A stretch of DNA of 64,000 bases from positions 1,798,001 to 1,862,000 of the forward strand of contig OZ037772.1 in the NCBI GenBank assembly GCA_964035545.1, given 5' to 3'. The notes below the pieces were generated by a model that was not told where the DNA came from, did no database searches, and saw only the letters and a list, made by a program, of their open reading frames with translations. Origin of the DNA: Bugula neritina. Its lineage: Eukaryota > Animalia > Bryozoa. The position numbers were made by a program, and so were the translations under genes. Each line of letters begins with the position of its first letter. The first letter of the stretch is position 1. Below are positions 39,800 through 52,670 of this stretch, piece by piece.

Positions 39800-40000
39800 C
39801 AGGGTTGGGGTCAATTACATGTAAATGTAATTAATTGCAATTACAATTACATGAAGATTTGTCAATTACAATTATAATTACTGTAAAAAATAAATGTAAT
39901 TAATTACAATTACAATTACTTTTGTTCTCACAAGGAATAAATAGAAGTCACTCCTAGGATCTAGCTACCAGGGGCAGTGTTGACAGTGGTGAACCTCTTT
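39800..40000 (+). mobile_element. hAT-like element end (CAGGGTTGGGGTCAATTAC, AATTAC subterminal repeats); inverted partner at ~45121-45362
   Basis: Reverse-complement similarity over ~200 bp, including non-repetitive AGGGGCA.T.TTGACAG.GGTGAAC. Confidence 0.75.
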
Positions 40001-40564
40001 TGTTTTCTACAGTGATACTATTATATCATTCCATACCAAATCAACCAACTTTCAAGGGGTCCCAAGTCTTTGTGTCTCAGGTTTTGCTCATATTTACACC
40101 AAATAGACCTACACATGTTCAGCTCACCATTCGTGAATATTTCTGGCCTGACACAAAAATACTTTGCGAAATTACTACTTTGGTGAACAAAGGTTGGGAA
40201 ATATTTTGAGGAAAATTTGTGATTTACACTTTTAAACCAATTTATAAGTAATTTAAAACTTGATTAGGCGAGTATTTGAAATTTTTCAAAATTTACAAAG
40301 ATTTGTTCATATTCAATGACTTTGCATATATGCACACAAAGTATTCTGTAATATGTAATATGTAATTGGGCTCACTGGGTAGGTTATATTATTGTATTCA
40401 TATTAACCAACTTGACAGTTTACTAATTCATTGTCTAACTCTGTCTGTCTTAGTCTAGTAACACTATTTATTTATTTATTTACTTATTAATTTATTTATT
40501 TGACTAAATCTTGTCTGTCTTTGTCTAGTAACACTATTTATTTATTTATTTACTTATTAATTTA

Positions 40565-42700
40565 ATTAAATTACTAGTTTATATTACCAAGTTATATTAC
40601 TAGTTTATATTACCAAGTTATATTACTAGTTTATGTAACCAAGTTATATTACTAGTTTATGTTACCAAATTAAATTACTAGTTTATATTACCAAGTTATA
40701 CTACCAAGTTATATTACTAGTTTATGTTACCAAGTTATATTACTAGTTTATGTTACCAAGTTATATTACTAGTTTATATTACCAAGTTATATTACTAGTT
40801 TATGTTACCAAGTTATATTACTAGTTTATGTTACCAAGTTATATTACTAGTTTATGTTACCAAGTTATATTACTAGTTTATTTTGCCAAGTTATATTACT
40901 AGTTTATGTTACCAAGTTATACTACCAAGTTATATTACTAGTTTATGTTACCAAGTTATATTACTAGTTTATGTTACCAAGTTATATTACCAGTTTATAT
41001 TACCAAGTTGTAACTGCCCTCCTAGTTTGCTATGAAAGTTCCATACGGGTGTATGTTTTAGTGTAGATAGTTTATTAATTTACACTGTTCACACCATTTA
41101 CACCTTTTACACCTTTTACACCTTTTACACCGTGAAACTACAATTTTCACAAAACAAAATGATTAAAATATGATAGAATAAGAGCAAATTAAACACAGAA
41201 AAGTACATAAAAGATATTGATAAATTGCTTGTTTTATAATTATTAAAATATTCAAAGTAACAGTATAAATCAACAAAGTTATAATATATAAAAGCATACC
41301 TCTTTCACCCTTTCTAGGAGAGAGTTAGTAGTATAAAGAAAGCAACATTTTATACCGTGTGTTTGTAAAAATAGCTATAATATTATGTGAGAGTAGATGA
41401 GAATGGAACCTTGACGCTTGAGGGTTCTTACGATAATGTCCTGGCTAAATGTATTTTAACTGTTTTTGTCGGCATGTGTAAAGCTAGTGCACTCAGTTTC
41501 TTAGTCATGGTTTTTTGAGTGCAGCCAGTGCAAAATAAAACTTGCAATGCACCGAGTGATACTAAAATGGTCTTGAAGATAAAAAAACAGTGACAAACAA
41601 GTGCTAAAGAGTACACTAAGGATGGGTGATTCATCGCTGTTGGAATATGTGACAACACAAACGCAGTGTGGCAATGTCGGTAAATGCTAAATTGCTAATT
41701 GATATATATTATGACAGTTATGAACAAATTGGCAGCAGAGTGTCAGTAAGCAAACTAAATAAAACCAAATTTATGAAATTTTACTATTTATTATAAAGGA
41801 CACTACACAAGTTATATTACTAGTTTATGTTACCAAGTTATATTACTAGTTTATGTTACCAAGTTATATTACTAGTTTATGTTACCAAGTTATATTACTA
41901 GTTTATACTACCAACTTATATTACTAGTTTATATTACCAAGTTATATTACTAGTTTATGTTACCAAGTTATATTACTAGTTTATGTTACCCAGTTATATT
42001 ACTAGTTTATTTTGCCAAGTTATAGTACCAAGTTATATTACTAGTTTATGTTACCCAGTTATATTACTAGTTTATGTTACCAAGTTATAGTACCAAGTTA
42101 TATTACTAGTTTATGTTACCAAATTATATTACTAGTTTATGTTACCAAGTTATACTACCAAGTTATATTACTAGTTTATGTTACCAAGTTATATTACTAG
42201 TTTATGTTACGAAGTTATATTACTAGTTTATATTACCAAGTTATATTACTAGTTTATGTTACCAAGTTATATTACTAGTTTATGTTACCAAGTTATATTA
42301 CTAGTTTATGTTACCAAGTTATATTACTAGTTTATGTTACCAAGTTATATTACTAGTTTATGTTACCAAGTTATATTACTAGTTTATGTTACCAAGTTAT
42401 CTTACTAGTTTATGTTACCAAGTTATATTACTAGTTTATGTTACCAAGTTATATTACTAGTTTATGTTACCAAGTTATATTACTAGTTTATGTTACCAAG
42501 TTATATTACTAGTTTATGTTACCAAGTTATATTACTAGTTTATGTTACCAAGTTATATTACTAGTTTATATTACCAAGTTATATTACTAGTTTATATTAC
42601 CAAGTTATATTACCAGTTTATGTTACGAAGTTATATTACTAGTTTATGTTACGAAGTTATATTACTAGTTTATGTTACGAAGTTATATTGCTAGTTTATA
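40565..42700. repeat. 26-bp satellite (TTATATTACTAGTTTATGTTACCAAG), split by a solo LTR
   Basis: Arrays at ~40565-41008 and 41808-42700. Confidence 0.97.
41009..41807. mobile_element. Solo LTR, 799 bp
   Basis: TGTAACTGCCCT...AGGACACTACA termini and 5-bp TSD CAAGT (41004-41008, 41808-41812) inside the satellite unit. Confidence 0.8.
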
Positions 42701-43768
42701 CTGCTAGTATTCAACAACTACCCTCCAGCACATCTCAACTCTGACACAACTAAGCTGACTAATCATCCGTATAGTTTATAGTTTTTGTTGAATTCTTCAG
42801 ACCCTGAGAACTGTGCGTGTGGCTTCACCTGCGAGTGTGGTGCCTGTGTTGGGGTATGTGACCTTGACAGAGACTGTGGGAAGCTGCAGATCTGTTTGGA
42901 GAAAATATGTTATCAGCAGGCCTCACCAGATGACAGAACTGTTGTCTGGGATCTTTATCACTCAGAACTAGTAGAATGTTCTTCAGGTTTGAATGCGAAA
43001 TCTTTGTTCTAAACTCTATTGGAGTTTAAAAGTGTTGCTTTCTGTTGTACTTATATCTGTGCTGGCCAGGATTTTTGAATGATTTTTGTTATGTATTTAC
43101 ATAACAGAGTGTAACCTTAAAGCTGAATTTGCTTTATTTTCTACATAATTTGGTTTGCGATTTTTCAGTAGAAATGAGGCATCACACTTGGTGTGATTAT
43201 CAGCATTTTTTGCAGGTGCTTCTATCCGTGTACTGACAACACATCCTGTCCTAGTGATGGACAGATCTGTCACCATGGTGTCTGTAAAGAAGGCTGTCAG
43301 GTGAGTAGTCGCTATGACTTATACTGCGAGTTATTGATGACTTTCATACTATGAGTTGTGACTACCTACTATAATTTATACTGCGAGTCCAAGTAGCTGC
43401 TGTAACTTATGCTGTGAGTCATGACTAACTGAAATCACTTATACTGTGAGTCATGACTAACTGAAATCACTTATACTGTGAGTCATGACTAACTGATATC
43501 ACTTATACTGTGAGTCAATTATCAAAAATAGCAAAGAAGTAGAGATATGTTGTGTATGTGAGATATGTGAGGTTATTTAGTGACTAGTTCGCTATTTATA
43601 GAGTTTTGTTTCTATTAATAGACTGTACTGAAAATGAACAATGTGGATCTGAGTTTACTGAATGCATATCCAACATATGCTATCAGCTTTATCCTCTCAA
43701 CAATCCAGATCTTTCTGATGCTGAGCAGGACAGACTCTTTGATGATCCGCTGGATCTACAGGATGATG

Positions 43769-44992
43769 GTAAGTTACTCTGTTAGTACAGTTACTCTGTT
43801 AGTATAGTTTCTATGTTACTATAGTTACTCTGTTAGTATAGTTACTCTGTTAGTATAGTTACTCTGTTAGTATAGTTACTCTGTTAGTATAGTTACTCTG
43901 TTAGTACAGTTACTCTGTTAGTATAGTTACTCTGTTAGTATAGTTACTCTGTTAGTACAGTTACTCTGTTAGTATAGTTACTCTGTTAGTATAGTTACTC
44001 TGTTAGTACAGTTACTCTGTTAGTATAGTTACTCTGTTAGTATAATTGCTCTGTTAGTACAGTTACTCTGTTAGTATAGTTACTCTGTCAGTATAGTTAC
44101 TCTGTTAGTATAGTTACTGTGTTAGTACAGTTACTCTGTTAGTATAGTTACTGTGTTAGTACAGTTACTCTGTTAGTATAGTTACTCTGTTAGTATAATT
44201 ACTCGGTTAGTATAGTTACTCTGTTAGTATAGTTACTCTGTTAGTATAGTTACTCTGTTAGTTTAGTTACTCTGTTAGTATAATTACTCTGTTAGTATAG
44301 TTACTCTGTTAGTACGGTTACTCTGTTAGTACAGTTACTCTGTTAGTACGGTTACTCTGTTGGTTTAGTTACTCTGTTAGTATAGTTACTCTGTTAGTAT
44401 AGTTACTCTGTCAGTATAGTTACTCTGTTAGTATAGTTACTGTGTTAGTACAGTTACTCTGTTAGTATAGTTACTCTGTTAGTATAATTACTCGGTTAGT
44501 ATAGTTACTCTGTTAGTATAGTTACTCTGTTAGTATAGTTACTCTGTTAGTTTAGTTACTCTGTTAGTATAATTACTCTGTTAGTATAGTTACTCTGTTA
44601 GTACGGTTACTCTGTTAGTACAGTTACTCTGTTAGTACGGTTACTCTGTTGGTTTAGTTACTCTGTTAGTATAGTTACTCTGTTAGTATAGTTACTCTGT
44701 TAGTATAGTTACTCTGTTAGTATAGTTACTCTGTTAGTATAGTTACTCTGTTAGTATAGTTACTCTGTTAGTTTAGTTACTCTGTTAGTATAGTTACTCT
44801 GTTAGTATAGTTACTCTGTTAGTATAGTTACTCTATTAGTATAGTTACTCTGTTAGTATAGTTACTCTGTTAGTATAGTTACTCTGTTAGTTTAGTTACT
44901 CTGTTAGTATAGTTACTCTGTTAGTATAGTTACTCTGTTAGTATAGTTACTCTGTTAGTTTAGTTACTCTGTTAGTATAGTTAATCTGTTTA
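43769..44992. repeat. 17-bp satellite (GTTACTCTGTTAGTATA), ~70 copies, starting at a splice donor
   Basis: Directly visible; begins GATG|GTAAGTTACTCTGTTAG. Confidence 0.97.
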
Positions 44993-45120
44993 CTTCTCAA
45001 TTACTTTAAACTTTTAAATCTTATAATCTTAAGAAATTAATTTTTTTTTAACATGCCTACTGTTAAATAACAAGTTCAGGTTAAGTCAATGTAGTATAGT
45101 ATCAGTGTTGAGAACAAAGC

Positions 45121-45362
45121 ACGTTCACCCCTGTCAAAATTGCCCCTGCTAGGTGGACCCTAGAGGTGAAATTGCATAACTTCTATTTGTCCTTTGTGAG
45201 AACAAAAGTAATTGTGATTGTAATTAATTGCTTTACAATGTAATTTTGTACTGTAATTAATTACATTTATTTCAACTGTAATTACAATTATAATTGTAAT
45301 TGACAAATTCTCATGTAATTGTAATTAATTACATTCACATGTAATTGACCCCAACAACCCTG
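45121..45362 (-). mobile_element. hAT-like element end, inverted partner of 39800-40000
   Basis: Ends GTAATTGACCCCAACAACCCTG. Confidence 0.75.
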
Positions 45363-48300
45363 GTTTATTATGGAGCTCATACTTTTATTGTTCAAGGTCT
45401 AGATGTATTCTCCACCATGTTTTTACTAGAAGTAAACTTTAATTTGGTAATAAGTTTACAATAAACTGTTGTTTCGCATTGTAGAGTTTATTATTGTCTG
45501 AATATTGTATTGAGAATATTGGCTTAACAATATCAGTGCAGCGATATGATTGACCTGACTATATAAATGCAGCGATGTGATTGGCTTGACAGTATCAGAG
45601 TAGTGATGTGATTGGCTACTCTGTTCTGTTTTGCAGGGCCATGCCTACATGTATTATGTGTTAATCTTGTTTTGCAGTGAACAGAAAGGGAGAATGGGTC
45701 CCAAAAGACACCCGGGATCTTACAGAACTGATGGAGAGGAAGGGTTCACCCGATGTTGATTGCCTGCCTGGTATATCCGGCAATCCTGGAGATGCAGGAG
45801 AAAGGAGACCACCTGGTTTCCCAGGAGATACCGGACTTTTTGGAGAACCAGGTAATGTTTATGCTCAATTGAGTTCAATCTGTCAAGTTATGTTGGGATC
45901 TTTTTCGTTTTCGTTATTTTATGTTTGTTACAAAGAAAAGAGGAAAAAACTCTGTCACGGAGCATTTTTGTTTTTTTAGAGAGCTTTGGATTATTTGATT
46001 ATGGTCTACACAGGGGTGTAGGCAGAATAAACTACACAGGAGTGTAGGCAGAATAAACTACACAGGGGTGTAGACAGACTAAACTACACAGGGGTGTAGA
46101 CAGACTAAACTACACAGGGGTGTAGACAGACTAGACTACATAGGGGTGTAGATGGACTAAACTTACTACGAACGTATAACTACCCTGTGTCATGCTGTCA
46201 TGACGTCTCTATTCTCTCCTATAATTTGACTTTTATCTAGCGAGCTGATTTCTAGTAGGCTATTCTATAGTGACCAGTCACACTGTTTATTATAGCAACA
46301 TAGAAATCAAGTTGAAAACTAGTTGCACCTGTTGTGATGCTATCAATGGGTGCTTACCGGTAGAGATGGAGTACCTGGACCTGTTGAGATAGGATATCAG
46401 GGTAAACAAGGAGATCAAGGTCCTGCAGGTAAGAATGAGGAGTTACTCACCCTTGCTTGTGTATTTCTGTTCTTTTTAGGTATGCTATAATATGCTGGGG
46501 TTTTTCTCACACCTATGATATATGCTGGGATTTCCCTCACGCCAATGCTATATGCTGGGATTTCCCTCACAGATATGCTATATGCTGGGGTTTCCCTCAC
46601 AGATATTCTATATGCTGGGGTTTCCCTCACAGATATGCTATATGCTGGGGTTTTCCTCACAGCTAGTCTGCACTAAGGCAGTGAGTAGGCTAAGTAATCA
46701 TATTGAATCCCAGCAGTGATTGTTACTTCAACTGACAGGATTACTGTGTATGATAGTTACTCTGACTGGTTTCCATGGATCATTTTTACCATACTGTTTA
46801 CCACATGATGCATTGTCTGAGTAAAAACAAGGAAACAAAGAAATATACCAGAAATGTTGAGAAATTTTGTGTTCCAGAATTAATAAATGACCACTTGTAA
46901 TGCATACTGGTGCTGCTTGGTTCATAGGACCTGTCGGACAAGCCGGAGAACCCGGTCTGCATGGCAGAAATGGAAAGACAGGAGAAACTGGACCAGCTGG
47001 TATGCCTGGTCCAACTGGCTCAAGGGGGGTCACTGGAGAACCCGGATCTGATGGAAGGTATTTTTTGTGCTTTACTCTACCCTATTCAGCTTCTTAGAAC
47101 TTTTTATTTGATTTAGTTTTTATAATTTGTTGTCAATTTTTTCAGAGACGGTTTACCTGGAGTACTGGGTGCTGATGGTAGACCTGGGGAGCAGGGTGAT
47201 CAAGGACCTCCTGGCTCCATGGATCCAGTGGGAATCCCCAGTAACCAGGGACCTGAAGGTGCTCAAGGAGACAAGGGTGATGGGGCAGGAACATTCTTTA
47301 CTCAGTTTTCTATTTATTTCAGTTCTCTGGTTTTCCACTAGTCAATCCTTTAGTTGTTTATTTGTTTTAGTTTATTTATGTTAATACTAGAGTTGCTTCA
47401 GTGACACCGCATCATGTAATATATTACATAACAGTGCAGTATAATACACCATAATATAATATGGTATACAATACAATAATATTACAGAAAAATTACTATA
47501 GGGGCCAGCTGGGCCACAGGGTGCTTCTGAACCAACTGGATTGTCCGGGCCAACTGGTCCTCAGAGACCCCACGGAGCTTCTGTGAATTCCCGGCGAACA
47601 AGGACCTAAAGGTATGAATTAAGTTGAACCAATCTTTGTCCTTAGTTATTGGCCATCAACAGAATCATGGCTCTAAGAGTTTTCCTACCTGGTAAGAAGA
47701 TAAGGCAACTCCTAACTCATGATAATATGAATGGTGCTGCTGTTGTAGGACTCACTGGTTTCCAGGGACCTCAGGGATTTCCCAGATCTCCCGGTGAAAG
47801 GGGAGATGTTGGACCAGTGGGTATTGCTGGACCACCTGGGCTACGGGGTGCTGACGGCAAACAAGGAATTACTGGTTCTCCTGGTGCTATGGGTGCAATG
47901 AGACCACCTGGACCTGATGGTGCTAAGGTAAACACTTACACTGCTAACAGGTTATTGTTACTCATCTTGTTAGTTTAGTGGTAATAAACCAATAGTCTGT
48001 ATTTCTAGGGTGAACAAGGAAGAGATGGGGAAATGGGTAGTCCTGGCAGACCTGGACCTCCTGGACTTCCTGGTGAAGCCCAAGTATTTGGTTAGTTATT
48101 AGCAAAACCAAGTTATTGTTCATTACTTGTATCTTTTTCATTCTCTTTCAACTGTTTATTGGTAATATTTTGGGAATTTCATTCATAGCTTGTGATTGAA
48201 GCTTTATTTTATTCTACCATGGGTTATGTTAGGTGCTCCCCTATGATGATGAGTGCAATGATGTCCAACGGTAAAGGTGTACAAGCAGATGATGCAGGCG

Positions 48301-51249
48301 CCAACAATGAGCTCTATAATATGTACCTCAGTGAGTAATGGTCATGACGTGCTTTGATGTTGCCTGCTTTGTAGCAGAAAGGCTCTTTTAAATGCTGTTT
48401 TGGAACTCAAATGACGGACCTGTTTCAAATTGTTTGTATGTTTAATTTGCAGACAAACAATTTTATAATTTACTGCTAGAAACTATTGTAATAAAAATAT
48501 AGACAGCTGTTGTAATGTGTTTCTCCTCCTAGCATTGATGATTGACATTCTTGTTTGATGAGTCGCTTATTTAGTTCGCTTCTTCAGTCAAATGTTGCTA
48601 CATTCTGACATATCATATAATGTTGGTTTTATTGCTGTTAGCTTACATAACTACTTCTACCTTATTTCTCTAGAAACAAAAGTAATGGATGGGTCCAAAG
48701 ACAGCCCTGTTAGAGACTGTAGAGAACTCTTTACTGAAAACCCAGAGTTCAAGAGTGAAACTTAATGGGTGAGAGAAGATGCTGATATGTTTCTATTTTC
48801 TCTGCTCAGAAGAAATCCGTATCCAAGTCTAATGACTGAAATTTTGTGAACATGTTTTATATTCTGTAATTACTACTCCTGAGATGTCAGTATAATGTCA
48901 TGTGAAGTTTCTACAGATATTTAATGAATTGTTGTTTAGGAAAAAGAGTTTTCCCACGAGTTGCCTGTATTATATAATTCTGTATATTCAACAGCTGAAC
49001 ATGTTTTAGTAGTTTTAATTGATATTAGTATTATGTTAGTGTGGAATAGAGAAGTTGTATTCTCTATCGTTTGTTGTCAGGTGGATCCAGATGGTGGCTC
49101 CACAGCTAATGCTATCCAGGCTTACTGTCGCAAGGAAATGAAGAGCACTTGTATCAATGCCCAGACCTCCGAGTTTGCCACCAAGTCGTACGTCACCCAG
49201 CAGCTAGATAATCAGCCATTCGTTGCTAAACACATGGGAACAGCACTCGTAAGTGTTTATCTTGTATCAACCATGACTTTCTCTGTATTATTTTAGAATA
49301 TCTAAAAGTTTTTTTGCTGAGCATTGTCGCTATTGTAACATATTTGTTTATTGTATGGAGGTTGATAAGTGTTGCTATAGTAACATGTTGATTTCCTGTA
49401 TGGATGTTGATAAGTGTTGCTATAGTAACATGTTGATTTCCTGTATGGATGTTGATAAGTGTTGCTATAGTAACATGTTGATTTCCTGTATGGGTGTTGA
49501 TAAGTGTAGCTATAGTAACATGTTGATTTCCTGTATGGATTGTAGTTTGAGTATCAGGCAGAGTTTTCCCAACTCAACTTCCTTCGAATTCACTCTGAGA
49601 GAGCAAAGCAAACCCTGACTTACAGGTAATAGTCACTGCTAGCAGCTTATCAAATAGTCACTAGTCGCTAGTCACCAGATACTAGTCCTCTACTATGTTG
49701 CTAGTCACTTGATAATCTGAACAATCACTGGCTTCTTCTTCTTAAGCTCAGCAAGTTGTTGGTATGATTATTCCCTTTGCTGATTGTAGATGTATAAACT
49801 CAGTGGCGGTAGAAGACGCATACGGTAGGAAGAATAAGTCAGTCATTTTATATACAGCTGGTGATAAAGAATACACAGCGACAGATAGCAGGTTTCAATA
49901 TTCAGTGCTGCAGGATAATTGCAAGGTATGTAAATGTGACCTATATAATGTAAATCTGACCTATATAGTGTAAACCTGATCTATATAGTGTAAATCTGAC
50001 TTTTATAGTGTAAATATGACCTGCATATGCACATGATTGCAATAGTTGCATCTTTTGTTCTATTAATTTACTGTGGAGCTTGCTTTTGAGGCTTGCAATA
50101 AATGTTTACGAGTTCAACCCAAAAGCCATTTTGAGTGCTGTACGAGTTTAGAGTTTGCCGTCTGCCATTTTGTAGTATGCCAAATCATCAGAAGCTCAGA
50201 CAGTGATTGAGATTGACACCAAGACCCCCACCCACTTGCCTATTATTGACATTGCTCCTGGTGACATTGGGACAACCCACAAAGAGTTTGGGGTTCAGCT
50301 TGGAGAAGTCTGCTTTTCATAGACTCATATCTAACAACAGTGTTATTTGGCTGATTTTTTAAAACTGTCCCTGATTAGATAATTAGTGGCCAATCAGAGA
50401 ATTCAATCAATGTTGGTTGGCTGAGACCAGCAGTCTGATTCTTATATAACCTAATTTTTGAATGAAATATTTGATTACTCTAAATAAATTTATCAGAGAC
50501 TTCTGAGGCAGTGATGGTGATTTTTGTACATATAAATTTGAAGGAGTTTAGCTATAGGGTTTATGCTGTTTTTTAATTATTCCACCATAACCTGAGATTG
50601 TGAGTAGTAATTCTAGAATGAGGTAGGGAGGGTGTAACGCCCTTCCCTATGACTTTATATATTTAGAAACTGTTGTTAATTTAGTAATTCTGTTGGTGCT
50701 ACATTTTTAAATTCATTTGTTCCAACCATTTCTCTATTACAAAATATATTTTACCATAAGGTGCTACACAATTTATTTCTCAGCTTGTAGATTTCATCAT
50801 CAAAATTATTGAAGTAATAAAATTGGTCAAGAATTTGAAAGAAGCTGCAGTTTTCAGATCTGATTATTTAACCTATTTATCCTGAAATTAAACATTGTTA
50901 GTTTAAAATGGAATTTAACATATATTTTAGTCACTTAATTCAAACTGTGTTGACCATATCAACATTTTAAATTTTCCTTCAGCTGCTATGAAATACATAA
51001 GTAAATGGCATTAAATTTCACAGGTCACATCATCTTGTAAAAGTTAATTGTAAATAAAAATAAATTTCATGTGTTTTTGAGAAGCTATAGGTTTGTATGT
51101 TTGAACAAATGAAACATAATGTTCCTTAATGTCAAGATTCTGCTTATACCACAATACCATAAACATTGTGACTCTGTCAGTAGCCAAAAGAAATGATGAA
51201 AAAAGTTGTTTACTAACACAACTACTAAATTTTATAAATATCAGACACA

Positions 51250-52670
51250 ATTTAGAGAAGAGTTGATGCTGTCCTGATGCTGCGAGACGGCGGAAGATTT
51301 TTGAAAACATAGATTGAGACTTTGGTAGAGTCAGCCTTGGGCTCGCATTTGAAAGACTTGTTACTGAAAGCAGAAACAATAAATATAAAAAAAAATGTCT
51401 AATTTTCAGGTTTCCGGGAAATTTTTTCAGATGTATTTCTGAAACTAACAATGTTTTACTAACCTTCATGTCAGGGGTTCTGTTCATCATTGTTATACAG
51501 ACTTTGAATATCATCTTGTATCAACTGCATGGAAACACACATTACAATCATTAACTCAAGCACAATCAACATAGAAGTTTAGCAATTACCAGTGAGCGTT
51601 GAAAGAATTTCAACAGATTGAAAACTTTTCCAAACAAATTATAAGTCTACAAACCGTTTTTGATCTAGCAATGAGCCATTTTATTCGATACATAGTGGTG
51701 ACTGCTTTAACAGCAGCCCTGAACCTGCGCTTAGCTGGGATCTTGGTTGGGGGTGGGGTCTATTCCTGCCATTGTTTCTGCCCATCTCAGTGTCTCTGCT
51801 ACACACTCCGGCGTTTTTACATTTCAGGGCTTCCAGCTGGACCTTCAGCATGCTGATCGTATGAAGGTGCTCATAACACTGAACTTTCTAAAATTCATCA
51901 TTGAAACTATTTCTTGAGCCTCAAAGAATAATACAGTCACAGTATAACTCATTATGCATTCTATAAATCAAATTTTACAAACAAATCAATATCTAATAAT
52001 TATGGTGACAGTCAACATCTCAAATATTCTTATTAGACTTTTATATTCTATAATATATTGTATTTATTACACTGCAATATAAAACCAAAACCTATACTGA
52101 AATTTATACCTGCGACTGAAGATCAGCCTCTTGACTTTTACACTGGTCTAGAAGGGTGTTGACTTGTGAGTCTCTTTCTTTAGCTGAAGCTAATAGTTGT
52201 TCTTCCAAAGTCCACAATAAGTAACACAAAAATACGTACCTAATTGTGTGAGGAAGTCATTGTGCAAAGAGGGCCAGGTTAAATGATACTGCTATAAAGA
52301 CAAACTATGCACCAACCACAGAAGGAAGTGGGTTATAAGTGAACATTTCTAGAGCACTCAAGTAAAAGCGTCTACATCTGGATTACTTTAAGAAACAGAA
52401 TGACTGACTGATTTATACCTTTACAATTTCCTCATACTCATTGAGTCTCCTCTCATACTCTGACTGTAATTGAACATTTTCTGTTGCAAGTTGGCTGTTC
52501 AAAGTGATCAACTCTAAAACAACACATGCTTTCTCAGACAACTAAAGGCCATAGGCTTCTATCCAACTTACACTGTGAGATTAGGATAAATTAAGTGAGC
52601 ATTTCAACACCACAATAAGCAGTATTAGAACCATCCACTTTCGTGCAAATAGTTTCATTGAATCCATTGC
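51250..52670 (-). pseudogene. Decayed multi-exon gene: hydrophobic N-terminus, coiled coil, PACT/calmodulin-binding-like motif
   Basis: Minus-strand exon-like blocks: MKLFARKWMVLILLIVVLKC, ELITLNSQLATENVQLQSEYERRLNEYEEIVK, LEEQLLASAKERDSQVNTLLDQCKSQEADLQSQ, and frameshifted ECVAETLRWAETMAG.../KRRFRAAVKAVTTMYRIKWLIAR. Confidence 0.45.

Larger units (their letters stand above)
42801..50322 (+). pseudogene. Fibrillar collagen copy 2: Cys-rich N-terminal exons, short Gly-X-Y domain and COLFI; inactivated
   Basis: Cys-rich exons ~42801-42986, 43216-43300, 43623-43768. Helix exons 45678-45851, 46360-46428, 46928-47057, 47146-47284, 47502-47611, 47749-47927, 48009-48090. Telopeptide/COLFI exons to TAG 50320-50322. 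Lesions: frameshifts (exons 45678, 47502, 48233), TAA at ~48763, acceptor CAG>CCG (46357-46359), lost donor at 47285, many Gly substitutions. Confidence 0.9.
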
